A stretch of 64,000 bases of DNA from Desulfobacterales bacterium (GCA_018399235.1 JAGYOX010000001.1:646-64645); one strand, 5' to 3'; counted from the stretch's first letter, positions 16,264-25,131 are shown. Numbers and translations are program-made. Notes: a model not told the origin generated them from the sequence alone.

Positions 16264-18231
16264 TCATACTTTGTAAATTGACGTAATATCCCGCATGGTT
16301 TGGGCCAGATCCTCGAGCCCCTTGATCGCGTCTTCCAGTTGCTTAACCCCTTCCAAATTCTGCTGGGTCGCATCATTGATGCTCTCCATAGCCTCTGATA
16401 ACTGATCAATCCCTGACTGCTGCTGTTGGTTTGAAGCGGTTATCTGAGAGGCGGCATCCGAGGATTCATTAACCTGGAGTTCCAGACGATCGATGGCATT
16501 TCCAGCCTGTTCGGCCAGCTCAATGGCCTCCTCTACCGTTTTAGTCCCGCGTTCCGTGGCCATAACTGCGGCGCTGGTGGCCTTCTGAATATCATTCAAA
16601 ATCGCCCGAACCTGGTTTGTCGCCTCCTTGGACTGGTCGGCCAGGGATTTTACCTCCTGGGCGACCACGGCGAATCCTTTGCCTTGCTCCCCGGCCTTGG
16701 CCGCTTCGATTGAGGCATTAACCGATAGAATATTGGATTGATCGGCAATATCAGTAACCGTATTGATAATCTCTTCAATGCTTTTGCTCTGCTCACTGAG
16801 TTTGACCGTACTTTCAGCGATATAGGTCATTTCCTCCTTGATGCGGTTGATGCCGGCCATTGTATTTTCAGTGGCCTGCTTGCCGGCAATGGAAATTTTA
16901 GTCGTATTTTCAGCACTTTTAGATACATGTTCGGCTTTTTCGGTAGCCAACTGGGATGTCTGCTTGACCTCTTCAACGGTTGTGGTGACCTCGCTGATGG
17001 AGCTTGAGGTCTCTGAGGCGCTTGAGGAGAGTTGAGAAGCGGTTGTTGAGATCTGACTGATGGAAGAGAGCAGGTGGCGCGAGGACTGCCCCAGCTGCTT
17101 GATCTGCTGCCGGAATCTCTGGGTGCCGCTGGCAAAGGCCTTCATCAACATGCCGATCTCGTCTGAGCGCTTTTTTTGGTGTTCGGGTACGGCCAGGGTG
17201 AAATCGCCCTCATCCATCATCATGACCCGGTAGGAGAGGGAATTGATCGGACGGGCAATCATTTTGGACTGGAGATAGCCCATGCCGGCAATCAGGATCA
17301 GAAGAACCAGGCCGGTCCAGAGAATATTCCCCCCCAGCTTATGCAGCAGGCTGAAAGCCTCCGAGGAGTTGATTTCACTTATTATCGCCCAGTCAAAATC
17401 CGTTCCGAGCCGTTTTTTCAAGCCCAGGTTGTCATAAGCGGAAAGAACTTCGACATCTCGATAGTTCTTCAACTCCATGATACCGGCTTTACTGTTCAGC
17501 GCCTGTTCAACAGCCGGAGTCCGGATTTTTTTCTTTAAAAGAACCCCGTTTTCTAAGAAAAGGGCTTCCGAGCGCATAAGGTGGTCCTCGCCCACCAGAT
17601 AGGTCTCACCAGTTTTGCGCATACCGGTTCTGTTCTGGGTAATGGTATTGATCCGGCCGGCGTCGATCAGAAAAACCAGGATGGCCTTCAAACCTCCGCT
17701 ATCACCGTATACCGGCGCGGCCATGAACAGGCCGGGCTCCCGGCCGGGCAGGTAATTGATCATATCCGTTATTATTGGCTCTTCTGTTCTTCTGATTTGT
17801 TCGCTGATAACGGCTAGTTGGGAGATTTCGTTTTTTTTGAGAGGCTTATCCCCTTTTTGAATGGACATGTCAGCCTGATGGAGCAGTTCGCCTTTATCCG
17901 AGAGCATGAAGATGTTGCTGTAGCCGAAGACCTTCATATAGTATTCAAACAGCGGATTCATCCCCTGGTAGGTCTCATTGCTCAGCATGTTTCTGATATG
18001 TTGGGATCTGGAGAGCAGAATCAGGTTTTTCATTCGCGATTTTAAAAATTCAACCACCTGTTCCTTTTTGGTTTCGTTTACTGCGGAGAGTTGGTTGGAT
18101 GCTTCGGCTTCTATAGCGGATTGGGAGTAAAAATAGGTCATGCCGCCTAAAAGGATGAGCGGAATCAATCCGACAATAAGAAACTGGGTAATCAGTTTTG
18201 CCATGATCCGTTTGGAAAACCATCGCCACAT
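16264..18231 (-). CDS. Methyl-accepting chemotaxis protein with periplasmic Cache-type sensor and HAMP
   Basis: 655 aa. N-terminal TM, about 280-aa periplasmic domain, second TM, HAMP, and the MCP signalling hairpin SNILSVNASIEAAKAGEQGKGFAVVAQEVKSLA. Confidence 0.9.
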   Translation of the reverse strand: MWRWFSKRIMAKLITQFLIVGLIPLILLGGMTYFYSQSAIEAEASNQLSAVNETKKEQVVEFLKSRMKNLILLSRSQHIRNMLSNETYQGMNPLFEYYMKVFGYSNIFMLSDKGELLHQADMSIQKGDKPLKKNEISQLAVISEQIRRTEEPIITDMINYLPGREPGLFMAAPVYGDSGGLKAILVFLIDAGRINTITQNRTGMRKTGETYLVGEDHLMRSEALFLENGVLLKKKIRTPAVEQALNSKAGIMELKNYRDVEVLSAYDNLGLKKRLGTDFDWAIISEINSSEAFSLLHKLGGNILWTGLVLLILIAGMGYLQSKMIARPINSLSYRVMMMDEGDFTLAVPEHQKKRSDEIGMLMKAFASGTQRFRQQIKQLGQSSRHLLSSISQISTTASQLSSSASETSSSISEVTTTVEEVKQTSQLATEKAEHVSKSAENTTKISIAGKQATENTMAGINRIKEEMTYIAESTVKLSEQSKSIEEIINTVTDIADQSNILSVNASIEAAKAGEQGKGFAVVAQEVKSLADQSKEATNQVRAILNDIQKATSAAVMATERGTKTVEEAIELAEQAGNAIDRLELQVNESSDAASQITASNQQQQSGIDQLSEAMESINDATQQNLEGVKQLEDAIKGLEDLAQTMRDITSIYKV

Positions 18232-18243
18232 GTTCGACTCCTC

Positions 18244-18759
18244 TCAGTAATTATTTTGGTTGATCACCAGGTTTTCATCTTTCAGCAGCCTGTTACCGTC
18301 AAGGACGATGTTTCCGGCTTCGTCAATACCCTTGAGATAATCGGCGCGGCTACCGGTGAACGTAGGAAGCGACGGATGCAGGTCATCCGTCGAAATCTCC
18401 CGAACCCCAAGAATCTGATCGGCCAGGATGCCGAACGCCATTTTCGGGTCTGAAAGAATCAGCACATACGGGTTGTCCGGCTGCTCGTCCGCGCTAAGTT
18501 CAAACAGACGTTTCAAATCAATCACCGATATGATTTCCCCCCGCACGTTGATAACCCCGGGTATGTATTCCGGGATTCCCGGTATGAAAGTCAGCGGTCC
18601 GAGCGGGAGAACCTCACGAACAAACCGGAGTTCAATCGCGTATATTTCATCCGCCAGTAGAAAGCCGACCGTTTTAATGGCGTGTTTTTCGAAAGCCGCC
18701 TGATTTGGTTTTGCCAGCATATCCGCGCGGGCTTTAAGTATATCTTTTTCCGGCATCAA
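18244..18759 (-). CDS. cheW: CheW-like coupling protein
   Basis: 171 aa, single CheW-like domain (FLLADEIYAIELRFVREV...VINVRGEIISVIDLKRLF). Confidence 0.85.
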   Translation of the reverse strand: MMPEKDILKARADMLAKPNQAAFEKHAIKTVGFLLADEIYAIELRFVREVLPLGPLTFIPGIPEYIPGVINVRGEIISVIDLKRLFELSADEQPDNPYVLILSDPKMAFGILADQILGVREISTDDLHPSLPTFTGSRADYLKGIDEAGNIVLDGNRLLKDENLVINQNNY

Positions 18760-18764
18760 CAGTA

Positions 18765-20279
18765 TTATCCAGTCAATGATTGAACAGTTTCGAGCATCCG
18801 TGCCGCGGTCATTCCCTCAGACTGAGGGAGGACCTCTTCCGGATCTTTTGCCTTTAAAAGGGCGATGGTGTTTAAAAAGTATTTTCGGCTTTCTTCAAGC
18901 CGGTATCTTTGTCGTAATAGAACTCCCATTTGAAAGTGGGCCATGATAAAATCCGCATCCAAATAAAGGGCCCGCTTTAGGGCCCGGATCGCCGCGTCTA
19001 AATCATTTCCGGCCTGATAAATGGTTGAGAGGAGGAAATAGAGTTCAGGATTCAGCTTTTCAGATTCAATGGCCGCATGACACCAGTATTCCGCGTTTTT
19101 CAGCTCCCCGAGGTTGGCGTAGCAACGGGTTAAGAGGATCATGGATTGGGTCTGCATCAGAAACGAATTCTTCCGGAAATGACCATTTTCCAGTATTCGG
19201 CTGAGTTTTTTTGCAGCTTCGCTGTAACCGCCTCTTTCATAAGCTAAAACGGCGTTGTCATAAAGGCGATCAACTGCCGGCGGACGATTATCCCTGATAT
19301 CGGTTATCCGGCGGTTATTTAGACGGGGGGCCGGGTTCAGCGAAGCTCTTATTAATGATTCGGACTTGGCTGGTCGATCGCCGCGCCCGTGTTTTTTTCC
19401 ATGGGTTAACGGATATTTTTCCTCTTTCCTGGGAGGGCCTTTCCTAAAGAAGGTAGCATTGGCAAATCTGACCGGAGTAAGGGTTTTGGAATCAACAAAG
19501 CCGGCTTCCGCCGGTCCGGTAACCAGCCAGCCGTTATCCTCAAGCAGATCGACCAAGCAGTTGAGCACGTGCTGCCGGTTCATGGCATCGTGATACATGA
19601 GCACATTGCGGCAGAAAATGACATCCATGGGCTTTGGATATCCCAGGATTCTTTTATAATCCGGATCGGCAAAGTTTAACCGGGTAAATGCCGCCTGTCG
19701 GCGAATGCGGGGAAGCAGTTCAAACCGGTTATTCGAGTGCGGAATGAAATAATCCCTGATAATGGCATCAGGCGTTTCCCTTAGGGACCACCGGGTATAA
19801 ATGCCCTGTTCGGCAATTTTTAAAAACCGTCGATTGATGTCTGTACCGATAATGTGGATATCCCATTGTTTCAACACATCCCCCATGCGATCAATTAAAA
19901 TGGCTATGGAATAAGCCTCTTCACCGGTCGCACAGCCGGCGCTCCAGAAACGGATGGATTTTTCCCGCCGCCGGGGATATTCGATCAAGCCGCGTATAAT
20001 GTGATCCTGAAGGGTTTGAAAGATATTTTTGTCCCTCAGAAAATATGTCTCACCGATGGTCAGGCGGCCAACCAGCGGTTCCAATAGTTCGTCCGGTGAG
20101 GCGGATTCCAGAACCCTTCTGGCATATGCCTGGGGGGATTCAAACCCGGTTTCACGGGCGGCAGCCGCCACGCCTTTTACTAACAGGTTCCATTTTTTTG
20201 GGGGAAAGGAAAGACCGGTATGGGCAGCAATGAATCGGCTCAGGTCATGAAGCAATCTTTCCGGGATGGATGGGTCCAT
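18765..20279 (-). CDS. cheR: CheR-type MCP methyltransferase with C-terminal TPR repeats (WspC/FrzF-like)
   Basis: 504 aa. SAM-binding IRFWSAGCATGEEAYSIAIL, then a C-terminal ~170 aa with TPR-like A/Y/L periodicity. Confidence 0.9.
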   Translation of the reverse strand: MDPSIPERLLHDLSRFIAAHTGLSFPPKKWNLLVKGVAAAARETGFESPQAYARRVLESASPDELLEPLVGRLTIGETYFLRDKNIFQTLQDHIIRGLIEYPRRREKSIRFWSAGCATGEEAYSIAILIDRMGDVLKQWDIHIIGTDINRRFLKIAEQGIYTRWSLRETPDAIIRDYFIPHSNNRFELLPRIRRQAAFTRLNFADPDYKRILGYPKPMDVIFCRNVLMYHDAMNRQHVLNCLVDLLEDNGWLVTGPAEAGFVDSKTLTPVRFANATFFRKGPPRKEEKYPLTHGKKHGRGDRPAKSESLIRASLNPAPRLNNRRITDIRDNRPPAVDRLYDNAVLAYERGGYSEAAKKLSRILENGHFRKNSFLMQTQSMILLTRCYANLGELKNAEYWCHAAIESEKLNPELYFLLSTIYQAGNDLDAAIRALKRALYLDADFIMAHFQMGVLLRQRYRLEESRKYFLNTIALLKAKDPEEVLPQSEGMTAARMLETVQSLTG

Positions 20280-20737
20280 TATGCTGTTTCTGTCACCTGG
20301 CTGATTTGTTTAACGGTTTCCTGGGGGATCAGGTTGGCAAGCTCGTAGATAAGAACCGTTTGGCTTCCAAATGTGGCGATGCCGGATATATATTGCCGCA
20401 TCTCAGGGTAGACGGTTTCCGGATCAATCGCCGGTTCCGGCTGAAGCCGGTATACCCCCATCACTGCATCCACTGCAAACGCGGCACGATAACCGGCAGC
20501 CTCCGCTATGATAAACCGGTCTGAAATACGGATTTGTCTTCCGGTCAGACCGAACTGTTTCCGGAGGTCAACAAGCGGTACCATATCCCCGCCAATATTG
20601 ATAAGGCCTATTATCAAGTCCGGGACTTCAAGCGGATAAGTCGGTTGAACAGCCCGTACAACGCGTTCTATATCTGAACTCGCAACGGCAAAATACTGAT
20701 CATCAATTGTGAAAATAACGTAATGGGCTTCGGGCAT
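20279..20737 (-). CDS. cheW: CheW-like coupling protein (first gene of the operon)
   Basis: 152 aa CheW-like domain (FTIDDQYFAVASSDIERVV...LINIGGDMVPLVDLRKQF). 1-nt overlap with the cheR start. Confidence 0.85.
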   Translation of the reverse strand: MPEAHYVIFTIDDQYFAVASSDIERVVRAVQPTYPLEVPDLIIGLINIGGDMVPLVDLRKQFGLTGRQIRISDRFIIAEAAGYRAAFAVDAVMGVYRLQPEPAIDPETVYPEMRQYISGIATFGSQTVLIYELANLIPQETVKQISQVTETA

Positions 20738-20848
20738 TTCTAACCACTGCTGAGTGTTATCTAAGAAATTGAATTATTGTAATTATGTAACATACGCAAA
20801 ATTATGCTGTTTTTCAAGAAAAAGCTTGTACTTATGGTAAGTAACGGA

Positions 20849-20981
20849 AGGGTTTAGGGTTTAGGGTTTAAGGTTCAGGGTTCAGGGTTCAGGGTTCACG
20901 GTTCAGGGTTTAAGGTTTAAGGTTTAAGGTACAAGGTACAAGGTATATGGTATATGGTACAAGGTTTAGGGTTTAGGGTGT
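20849..20981. repeat. Heptamer array, G-rich on plus strand (GGGTTTA, GGGTTCA, GGTACAA, GGTATAT units)
   Basis: gggtttagggtttagggtttaaggttcagggttcagggttcagggttcacggttcagggtttaaggtttaaggtttaaggtacaaggtacaaggtatatggtatatggtacaaggtttagggtttaggg. Confidence 0.9.
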
Positions 20982-21144
20982 AACAAGCAAGGTTTCAGGC
21001 TTCAGCCTTCCATTGGACGCTTATTTATTTACAATTATTTCTGATTAGACTATTAAAGAAGGGCAAAAAAGGATGGCTTTGAATGAAGCGATATATAATA
21101 CAGCGATGTTTTTGCAGGAAGCAACTCAAAAAAGCCGCCCATAC

Positions 21145-21215
21145 TGTCATTTCGAGCGGTAGCGAGAAATCTTTTGCTTGAAGATTCCTCGTCGCTTGCG
21201 CTCCTCGGAATGACA
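21145..21215. repeat. Module B inverted-repeat element
   Basis: tgtcatttcgagcggtagcgagaaatcttttgcttgaagattcctcgtcgcttgcgctcctcggaatgaca. Confidence 0.85.
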
Positions 21216-21276
21216 AGGGAGAAAAGGAAAGGCCCAAAGCCTTCCGCTACATTGTCATACAAATTCCGTTAAATAG

Positions 21277-21378
21277 CCCTGAACTCTGAACCGTGAACCG
21301 TGAACCGTGAACCTTAAACCTTGTACCCTAAACCTTAAACCTTGCACCCTAAACCTTGCACCCTAAACCTTAAACCTT
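21277..21378. repeat. Heptamer array, C-rich on plus strand (inverted relative to 20849-20981)
   Basis: ccctgaactctgaaccgtgaaccgtgaaccgtgaaccttaaaccttgtaccctaaaccttaaaccttgcaccctaaaccttgcaccctaaaccttaaaccttgc. Confidence 0.9.
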
Positions 21379-21382
21379 GCAT

Positions 21383-22279
21383 ATGATAAAGCATTCAATC
21401 TGGACCAGTATCGGAATCATTTCTGCGCTTTTTTTCATAATCGCGCCTGTATCGTGGGGCGGCGAGAAATTCATTGTGGATCAGACGGGGCGGAAAATCC
21501 GTGTGCCGCTATGTCCACAGCGGGTTGTGGCGCTTGCGCCGAGTATCGCGGAGGTTATTTACGCTCTTGACTGCGAGGACCGGCTGAAAGGAGCGACAAG
21601 GTTCAGCGATTATCCCGAAGCGGCAAAGACCATTCCCAAGGTGGGCTCCTATGTATATCTGGATCTGGAGAAAATTGTGGCATTGGATCCGGATGTGTGT
21701 ATTGCGATAAAAGACGGTAATCCCAAAACAGTGGTAGATCGTTTGGAATCGCTTGGGATTCCTGTTTTTGCAGTCAACCCGAGGGACCTTTCCTCAGTTA
21801 TGAGAACTATCACGGATATCGGCCGCCTGATGGGGGTCGAAGAAAAGGCGGAAAGGATCGTTGCAAGTATGGAAACCCGGATTGAAAAAGTCGAATCAAA
21901 GGTGGCCCAAACTGATAAACGGCCCCGGGTATTTTTTCAAATCGGGATCTCACCAATTGTTTCTGCGGGCTCGGATACATTCATCCATGAATTGATTGTT
22001 AAGGCCGGCGGCCGTAATATCGCCGGCAAGTATAAATCCTATCCCAAATTTTCACGGGAAGAGGTGCTGGAGCTTGCACCGGATGTCCTGATCATCACAT
22101 CAATGGCCAGGGACGAGGTCTTTGAGCGGGTAAAAGCCGAATGGGAACAGTGGCCTCAGATTCCGGCCGTGGCGGGCGATCGGGTTCACCTGGTGGATTC
22201 CAACCTGTATGACCGGCCGACGCCCCGGCTGGTGGATGCCCTGGAGGAACTGCTCGGTTTGATACATCCGAAATTGTAG
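21383..22279 (+). CDS. Periplasmic substrate-binding protein, cobalamin/iron-siderophore (BtuF/FhuD, TroA-like) class
   Basis: About 298 aa with a signal-like N-terminus. RVVALAPSIAEVIYAL and DPDVCIA/PDVLII motifs are typical of BtuF-like binding proteins. ATG at 21383 is preferred over the TTG at 21377, which lies in the repeat. Confidence 0.75.
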   Translation: MIKHSIWTSIGIISALFFIIAPVSWGGEKFIVDQTGRKIRVPLCPQRVVALAPSIAEVIYALDCEDRLKGATRFSDYPEAAKTIPKVGSYVYLDLEKIVALDPDVCIAIKDGNPKTVVDRLESLGIPVFAVNPRDLSSVMRTITDIGRLMGVEEKAERIVASMETRIEKVESKVAQTDKRPRVFFQIGISPIVSAGSDTFIHELIVKAGGRNIAGKYKSYPKFSREEVLELAPDVLIITSMARDEVFERVKAEWEQWPQIPAVAGDRVHLVDSNLYDRPTPRLVDALEELLGLIHPKL

Positions 22280-22412
22280 TAAAGCATCCTGGCCCATTGA
22301 TGCTTGGAATTTATGATTTCAGACAAATATGAGGGGATTTGTTTTCTTGAAAGTAACCCCCCCGGGCCGAGGCCCGGGTCCGAGCCTAAAAGTAACTTTT
22401 ATGGTAAATTCG

Positions 22413-22500
22413 ATGTAGAGACGGGCTTTAGCCCGTCATTCGCAGAAGCGGCCGATGTGACAAAACGCGTCCAATGGAAGGCTAAAGCCTTCCACTACAT
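22413..22500. repeat. Module A hairpin-pair element, copy 2
   Basis: gatgtagagacGGGCtttaGCCCgtcattcgcagaagcgg...GGAAGGCtaaaGCCTTCCactacat, followed (22501-22575) by the same ..caaatctcgataaac...ttatccgccctat.. tail seen after copies 1 and 3. Confidence 0.85.
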
Positions 22501-22650
22501 TGATTGTACAAATCTCGATAAACTGATCAGGAATTGACGAATGCGCTTTGTTTATCCGCCCTATATGGCTAAGATTTAGATTTTTTTAACCTAATACCTA
22601 ATACCCAAAACCTAAGACCTGAAGTTACTTAGAAGTTTATCGACTTAATG

Positions 22651-22930
22651 AAATTCCAAACAACAAATTACAAATTACAAACAAGCACCAAATAACAATC
22701 ACCAAAATTCCAAACAAAATCCTCAGAGGAATCTTGTTTGTTAAAAATTTTTCGCTACCGCCCAGAATGGCAAAGGACTCTGGGAGAGGCGGACTTTAAA
22801 CTACTTTAGAACAACATGCGGAAGACATTTAGATTTGAAAAAGTTTATAATAAAAAGATTTGTTTCGAAAATTGGAAATTGGAATTTGTTTGAGATTTGG
22901 TGCTTGGAATTTGTGATTTTAGACAAACAT
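22651..22930. repeat. A/T-rich inverted repeat (module E), arms about 70 nt around a ~140-nt core
   Basis: Left arm aaattccaaacaacaaattacaaattacaaacaagcaccaaat... pairs with right arm ...atttggtgcttggaatttgtgatttt. A second compact copy is at 24872-25031. Confidence 0.75.
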
Positions 22931-23000
22931 GCAGAGGCAGAGCCATCTATCTCTGACCTGACCTGACCCAAAGGACCAGGCTTTTCAAGACCGAGTAAAT

Positions 23001-23996
23001 ATGTCTACTGTATCCAGAAAAATACTTGTCATCAGTTTTGCCATGCTGATGGTATTAATCGGCGTGATGATTCTCGGGCTGAGCATGGGGTCTGCTGAAA
23101 AAGGGGTTATCCCGTTTCTGCGGGCGATATTCCGTATCGGTGAGCTCGATCCCCTTCTTGTCACTATCATCTGGGAAATCCGGTTCCCCCGGGTTATCGT
23201 GGCCGCACTCGTGGGCGCTACACTGTCATTAGGCGGACTCGTATTTCAGGCCCTGCTGAGGAATCCTTTGGCGGAGCCTTATATCCTGGGGATATCCGGC
23301 GGCTCTGCGATTGGCGCCATCATCGGGATCCTGATGGGTTTGGCCCGTTTCCCCGGCGTTAGCATACTGGCGTTTATCGGCGGCATGGGCACGCTCATTC
23401 TGGTGCTTTTTATCGCCACCGGCAAGACCCTGCTTAAAAAAGAGGCCCTGTTGCTTTCCGGCGTCATGGTCAATGCGTTCTGTTCTGCAGTGATCATGTT
23501 TCTGATTTCTCTTACCCAGGATGCCCGTATCCACAATATTATGTTCTGGTTAATGGGGGATCTGTCAGCCGCCGGCAAAACCGAGGCTTTAATGATTGCC
23601 GCCATGGTACTGCCATGTTTTGTCGTCATATTCTGGCTGTCCAATTCCATGAACCTGTTGCTGATGGGAAAAGAAATGGCCCACTCCATGGGGGTTAATG
23701 TCAGGCTGGTGAGTGTGACGCTTTTGGTTCTGACCTCGTTTATGGTAAGCGCTACCGTTTCCAGCTGCGGGCTTGTGGCATTTGTGGGGCTGGTGATTCC
23801 GCACCTGTTTCGTCTGCTTATCGGTGCGGATCATCGGGTACTGGTGCCGGCCTGCCTGTTCGGTGGCGGCGGTTACTTGGTTTTATGCGATCTTCTGGCC
23901 CGGACGCTTCCCCAGCACGGGGAAATGCCGGCCGGGGTCATCACCGCCATGGTGGGCGCACCGGTTTTTATCATTCTCTTGAAACGGACGGGATAA
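23001..23996 (+). CDS. FecCD/BtuC-family ABC permease
   Basis: 331 aa, about 9-10 TM helices, with conserved RNPLAEPYILGISGG and GxxGLVIPH motifs. Confidence 0.85.
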   Translation: MSTVSRKILVISFAMLMVLIGVMILGLSMGSAEKGVIPFLRAIFRIGELDPLLVTIIWEIRFPRVIVAALVGATLSLGGLVFQALLRNPLAEPYILGISGGSAIGAIIGILMGLARFPGVSILAFIGGMGTLILVLFIATGKTLLKKEALLLSGVMVNAFCSAVIMFLISLTQDARIHNIMFWLMGDLSAAGKTEALMIAAMVLPCFVVIFWLSNSMNLLLMGKEMAHSMGVNVRLVSVTLLVLTSFMVSATVSSCGLVAFVGLVIPHLFRLLIGADHRVLVPACLFGGGGYLVLCDLLARTLPQHGEMPAGVITAMVGAPVFIILLKRTG

Positions 23997-24805
23997 TGGC
24001 GTTTTCAGTTGAGATAAAAAATTTGTCCTATGCCTATGAGGATCTCCAGGTGCTGGAGGATCTGTCGTTTTCCGTGAATAAGGGCGAATTTTTCGTGGTT
24101 ATCGGCCCGAATGGCTCTGGGAAAACCACTCTGGTGAAACTGATTGCCGGCCTCTTGCGGCCAAAACGGTCAGAAGTCCGTATCATGGGCGAAGATATCC
24201 GTTCCTATGGCCGGAAATCCCTTGCGAGGCAGATCGCTTTTGTGCCCCAGAACGTTCCCCTGGATTTTCCGTTTACCGTGTCAGACGTCGTTCTTTTTGG
24301 CAGAGCCCCGCATCTCGGCACATTCGGCCTTGAATCCGAAAACGATATCAAGCTGGCCGATCAGGCCATGGCATTTACCGAAGTCGACCATCTGGCCCGC
24401 CGGCGGATGGATCAGTTAAGCGGGGGGGAGCGGCAGCGGGTGTTTATTGCCCGGGCGATCTGCCAGGAGCCGGAAATCATTATTCTTGACGAGCCGACGG
24501 CGGCGCTTGATATCGCCCATCAGATGCGAATAATGGATTTGATGGAGAAGATGAAACAGGAAAAATCGATTACGGCCATCATGGTCTCCCATGATATCAA
24601 CCTGGCCGCCATGTATGCCGACACCCTGCTTTTGCTGAAAAACGGGAGGCTTTTTAAATGGGGTCCGCCGGATGAGATATTGAGCTATGAAACCCTTGAG
24701 CCCGTGTACGGATGCCCGCTTTTGGTTGACGAGAGCCCGCTGGGCCGGCTGCCGCGGGTCACGCCCGTCCCGGGGCGGTATATAAAAGAAGGGTATAGGG
24801 TGTAA
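23996..24805 (+). CDS. ABC transporter ATP-binding protein (BtuD/FecE class)
   Basis: Start at the ATG overlapping the permease stop (TAATG). Walker A GPNGSGKTT, signature LSGGERQR, Walker B IIILDEPT. The last codons (GYRV-stop) lie in the heptamer array. The ORF-track start at 23885 would overlap the permease by 112 nt and is rejected. Confidence 0.85.
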   Translation: MAFSVEIKNLSYAYEDLQVLEDLSFSVNKGEFFVVIGPNGSGKTTLVKLIAGLLRPKRSEVRIMGEDIRSYGRKSLARQIAFVPQNVPLDFPFTVSDVVLFGRAPHLGTFGLESENDIKLADQAMAFTEVDHLARRRMDQLSGGERQRVFIARAICQEPEIIILDEPTAALDIAHQMRIMDLMEKMKQEKSITAIMVSHDINLAAMYADTLLLLKNGRLFKWGPPDEILSYETLEPVYGCPLLVDESPLGRLPRVTPVPGRYIKEGYRV

Positions 24806-24872
24806 GGTTCAAGGTTTAAGGTTCAAGGTTTAAGGTTCAAGGTTTAGGGTTCACGGTTCATGGTTCATGGTT
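24791..24872. repeat. Heptamer array, G-rich on plus strand
   Basis: gggtatagggtgtaaggttcaaggtttaaggttcaaggtttaaggttcaaggtttagggttcacggttcatggttcatgg. Confidence 0.9.
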
Positions 24873-25031
24873 AAATTCCAAATTACAATACTCAAATGAC
24901 AAACAAATTCCAAAAATCAAATCCCAATTTTTAAAACAACCCCTCTTTTTTCGAATGCCCCGTTGTTTTGAATTTTGGTCATTGGAATTTGGGTATTGTT
25001 TGTTTTTTGAGATTTGAGATTTGAAATTTCG
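24872..25031. repeat. Module E A/T-rich inverted repeat, compact copy
   Basis: ttaaattccaaattacaatactcaaatgacaaacaaattccaaaaatcaaatccc... pairs with ...ggtcattggaatttgggtattgtttgttttttgagatttgagatttgaaatttcg. Confidence 0.75.
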
Positions 25032-25037
25032 ATTCTC

Positions 25038-25122
25038 CCTCAGTGCCTCAGTGCCTTTAATCTGTCGCAAAAGTTCCTTTCTGCAAAAATACCGCCGCGG
25101 CGGAATAAATCGCTTTTTACGA
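25038..25122. repeat. Octamer plus module D, inverted copy
   Basis: The reverse complement reads gtaaaaagcgatttattccgccgcggcggtatttttgcagaaaggaacttttgcgacagattaaaggcactgaggcactgagg, nearly identical to 8258-8345. Confidence 0.85.
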
Positions 25123-25131
25123 AGCCATCGG

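Noticed and set aside
22304-22537. ORF-track ORFs lying inside repeat mosaics (also 16191-16409, 21025-21262, 24858-25251, 38066-38635, 58465-58692, 8089-8325)
   Set aside because: They are translated repeat modules: the same peptide fragments recur wherever the module recurs. They lack an RBS and overlap hairpin elements or neighbouring genes.
20738-23000. Cobalamin riboswitch upstream of or within the btuF/btuC/btuD-like locus
   Set aside because: I could not find a B12-box-like core (GCCACTG-type) or the expected conserved helices. The regions are fully explained by repeat modules. A cmscan against Rfam would settle it.
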